From a virus (taxonomy: Duplodnaviria > Caudoviricetes): 33,739 bases of DNA. How positions within the stretch are numbered: the stretch's first letter is position 1; the number at the start of each line of letters is the position of its first letter. The notes beneath the pieces were generated by a model, which was given only the letters and a program-made list of their open reading frames with translations, was not told the origin of the DNA and ran no database searches. The stretch spans positions 1-33,739 of the IMG/VR virus record IMGVR_UViG_3300030397_000460. One strand, given 5' to 3'. Below, in pieces: positions 31,985 to 33,739 of the stretch. A program made the position numbers and the translations under genes.

Positions 31985-32255
31985 GATTCCGCCCCGCTAC
32001 GACAGGCTCCTGAATTTTGACGGGCCACCACTCGCCCCACGCTGGTAATGTATTGCACAGGTCATTCTCAAGCGGTCTCGGTGGATGGCCTTCGGCACGC
32101 CACCAATACCACCCGAGCTCACTTGGTAGGGTTTTGGTCCACAAATCTGGAATCGTATCCACACAGAAGTAACACTTGCAGCCTAGAAAATGCACCGTGC
32201 CGCAATCCTTGCACGGAAATCGTCGGTGTTCTTCACAGAGTCTTGGATCACTCAT
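31977..32255 (-). CDS. Cys/Trp-rich hypothetical protein (92 aa)
   Basis: CxxH/CxxC motifs, then WTK.LP...GWYWWR, a recurrent phage accessory motif. Confidence 0.55.
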   Translation of the reverse strand: MSDPRLCEEHRRFPCKDCGTVHFLGCKCYFCVDTIPDLWTKTLPSELGWYWWRAEGHPPRPLENDLCNTLPAWGEWWPVKIQEPVVAGRNHD

Positions 32256-32427
32256 CAGGTAACTGCCGTGATTGGGCGGAGACGGCTTCCCCAATGACTT
32301 GCTCCGCTGCTCGAAAAATTGTTTTCTTTAGCTGTGCTAACAATTCCGGTTTCCCCTCCAAGATTTCACCGTAATCAATCCTCTCGTGTGTTAGTACGAC
32401 GGCCCAATAGTGCGGGGTTTTATTCAC
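32248..32427 (-). CDS. Hypothetical protein (59 aa; not in the ORF track)
   Basis: GTG start with GAGG RBS; overlaps both neighbours; MNKTPHYWAVVLTHERIDYGEILEGKPELL... Confidence 0.45.
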   Translation of the reverse strand: MNKTPHYWAVVLTHERIDYGEILEGKPELLAQLKKTIFRAAEQVIGEAVSAQSRQLPDE

Positions 32428-33028
32428 AACGCTGCCTCAACTGGGCGGGAACCCACTTAGCCGCCATTGCCTCAAGCATTCCTGGGTATGACCGTGATCG
32501 GTCCTTGCCTCTGGTCTCGCTTGGGCTCGCGTACCAAACCTTGTGACGCTCCTTTGGCGGTAGCGTCATCATGTAATCGTAAACATCCTTTGTGCGCTCA
32601 AGCGGCTCAAGATTGTGCAATGCGAGGCCGGTTTTCTTTGTCTCCGGGTATCCGAACCACCACGGCTGAACGTACTGCACATTCGCCTTGATGTAGGTGA
32701 ATATCACTGATGCCGGATTTTCCAGACAGACCGATTTGGCCCGTTTCTTGGCTTCGTGGAACAGGCGCAGGGTCCAGCCTACGTCCTGATCGCGCCCCGG
32801 TGTCTTGGCGTGTGTTCCGTTTCCGCAAACCGCCATTCGTGTGCAGTCAGGGTGCAAAATAATCAGATCCCACGGCATGTAGTCCAAAGCCTCGAAAATA
32901 TCGCATTGCAGGTGTTTGTCGGGGTTTCCCTCTGTCGGATCAACGTCACAGGACCAAGCATTGCAACCAGCAGACTCAAAGGCTTTCTGGCCTGTTCCGG
33001 TGTACTCGCATCCGATAAGTACATTCAC
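32420..33028 (-). CDS. Phage DNA cytosine-5 methyltransferase-like protein
   Basis: VLIGCEYTG...AF...G..AWSCD, WDLIILHPDCT (motif IV), LENP (motif VI), QPW.FG..E.K.T and RSRSYPG..EAMA..W; GTGA-coupled start at 33028. Confidence 0.8.
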   Translation of the reverse strand: MNVLIGCEYTGTGQKAFESAGCNAWSCDVDPTEGNPDKHLQCDIFEALDYMPWDLIILHPDCTRMAVCGNGTHAKTPGRDQDVGWTLRLFHEAKKRAKSVCLENPASVIFTYIKANVQYVQPWWFGYPETKKTGLALHNLEPLERTKDVYDYMMTLPPKERHKVWYASPSETRGKDRSRSYPGMLEAMAAKWVPAQLRQRCE

Positions 33029-33105
33029 TCTCGTCGCTGTCTCTGTCGGGCGGAGACGAGTCTGCACGACCCGTTACAGAACCCCTTGCAATGTTTGCAT
33101 GTCAC
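33025..33105 (-). CDS. Possible 26-aa four-Cys microprotein
   Basis: MTCKHCKGFCNGSCRLVSARQRQRRE; exactly bridges two genes with GTGA overlaps at both ends. Confidence 0.4.
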   Translation of the reverse strand: MTCKHCKGFCNGSCRLVSARQRQRRE

Positions 33106-33398
33106 TGTTGCTGCTCCTGTACGGCGGGATCAGGCGACCAGTCCTCGCAATCCGCCACATCGACCCGTAAGTCGTATCCTGTGTGTCTATCAAAGTCGCG
33201 AGCCAGCCAAACATCACCCAACCGACTCGCCCCTGTGCATCTATATCTGTTTCCGTTGTAGGTGCAGAACAGCCTGCAACCTTCCATGAACTCGCGAAAA
33301 TCATTCTGCAATGCAGCGGGCAGACGGAAGTGATTTAGCACCCACCGGGCATACTTGTGCTTGCAGAATTCCGTGTCTATGAATTCGTCAACGTGCAT
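33102..33398 (-). CDS. Conserved-looking phage hypothetical protein (98 aa)
   Basis: LFCTYNG.RYRCTGASRLGDVWL..DF....GYDLRV motif. Confidence 0.6.
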   Translation of the reverse strand: MHVDEFIDTEFCKHKYARWVLNHFRLPAALQNDFREFMEGCRLFCTYNGNRYRCTGASRLGDVWLARDFDRHTGYDLRVDVADCEDWSPDPAVQEQQQ

Positions 33399-33627
33399 CA
33401 GGACGCCGCCCCCTGTCGGCGGAGCCACGATCAGCTAATTTGTTCAGCCCAACAACCATGCCCCATGACACCCAAATGACTGGCCCACAAGCAAAAAACA
33501 ATGCCGCAGAAACCCAATCCTTTTTGGCCATTGCGTCAATCGCCGCTACAAACAGCCATAGACCAACGAAAGTCCACACAATCAGTGCGATTAATATCCA
33601 GCTAACAATGTCAAATTCGCCTGTCAC
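33388..33627 (-). CDS. Two-TM membrane protein (79 aa)
   Basis: Two hydrophobic segments; GAGGG RBS before the GTG. Confidence 0.5.
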   Translation of the reverse strand: MTGEFDIVSWILIALIVWTFVGLWLFVAAIDAMAKKDWVSAALFFACGPVIWVSWGMVVGLNKLADRGSADRGRRPDAR

Positions 33628-33739
33628 TGCCCTCGCCCGGCGGAATCACAGCCAAGCTGCACCCCTAAATATCTAAATAATTAGCGACCTCAGATCCGTA
33701 GAAAGACCCAACAGTCCTTAACATAATCATGCGTCCTGA

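Noticed and set aside
1-33739. tRNA/rRNA genes, integrase or att sites, alternative genetic code
   Set aside because: No tRNA-like or rRNA sequence or integrase was recognised, and the core genes read through normally with standard stops, so recoding is not indicated.
33628-33739. Partial gene at the right edge
   Set aside because: The minus-strand frames are interrupted by stops within this short stretch, so no coding call can be supported.

Overview
The window is part of a tailed dsDNA phage genome with P22-like (podovirus) gene order; the probable host is a Gram-negative bacterium, given the lipoprotein spanin. The + strand (1-30316) is one densely coupled late region. It runs through a ~9.6 kb pre-terminase cluster of beta-rich, partly signal-peptide-bearing and repeat-containing proteins plus a sulfotransferase-like gene; terS, terL, portal, scaffold and major capsid protein; a block of glycosyl- and methyltransferase-like genes with an inserted HNH; a head-tail adaptor, a tail nozzle apparently split into three genes, a GNAT-like gene and three ejection proteins; then an amidase endolysin, small membrane proteins, spanins and an HNH-AP2 endonuclease. 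The - strand (30297-33627) carries small accessory genes and a cytosine-methyltransferase-like gene. The most striking signals are: (1) the three ejection proteins (1148 aa) contain no Tyr, Trp, Cys or His and very little Lys or Met; (2) virion-like proteins with signal peptides and even Cys counts, one ending in a PASTA domain; (3) a putative virion glycan-modification kit coupled to the capsid gene. All family calls come from manual motif recognition; no database search was run.
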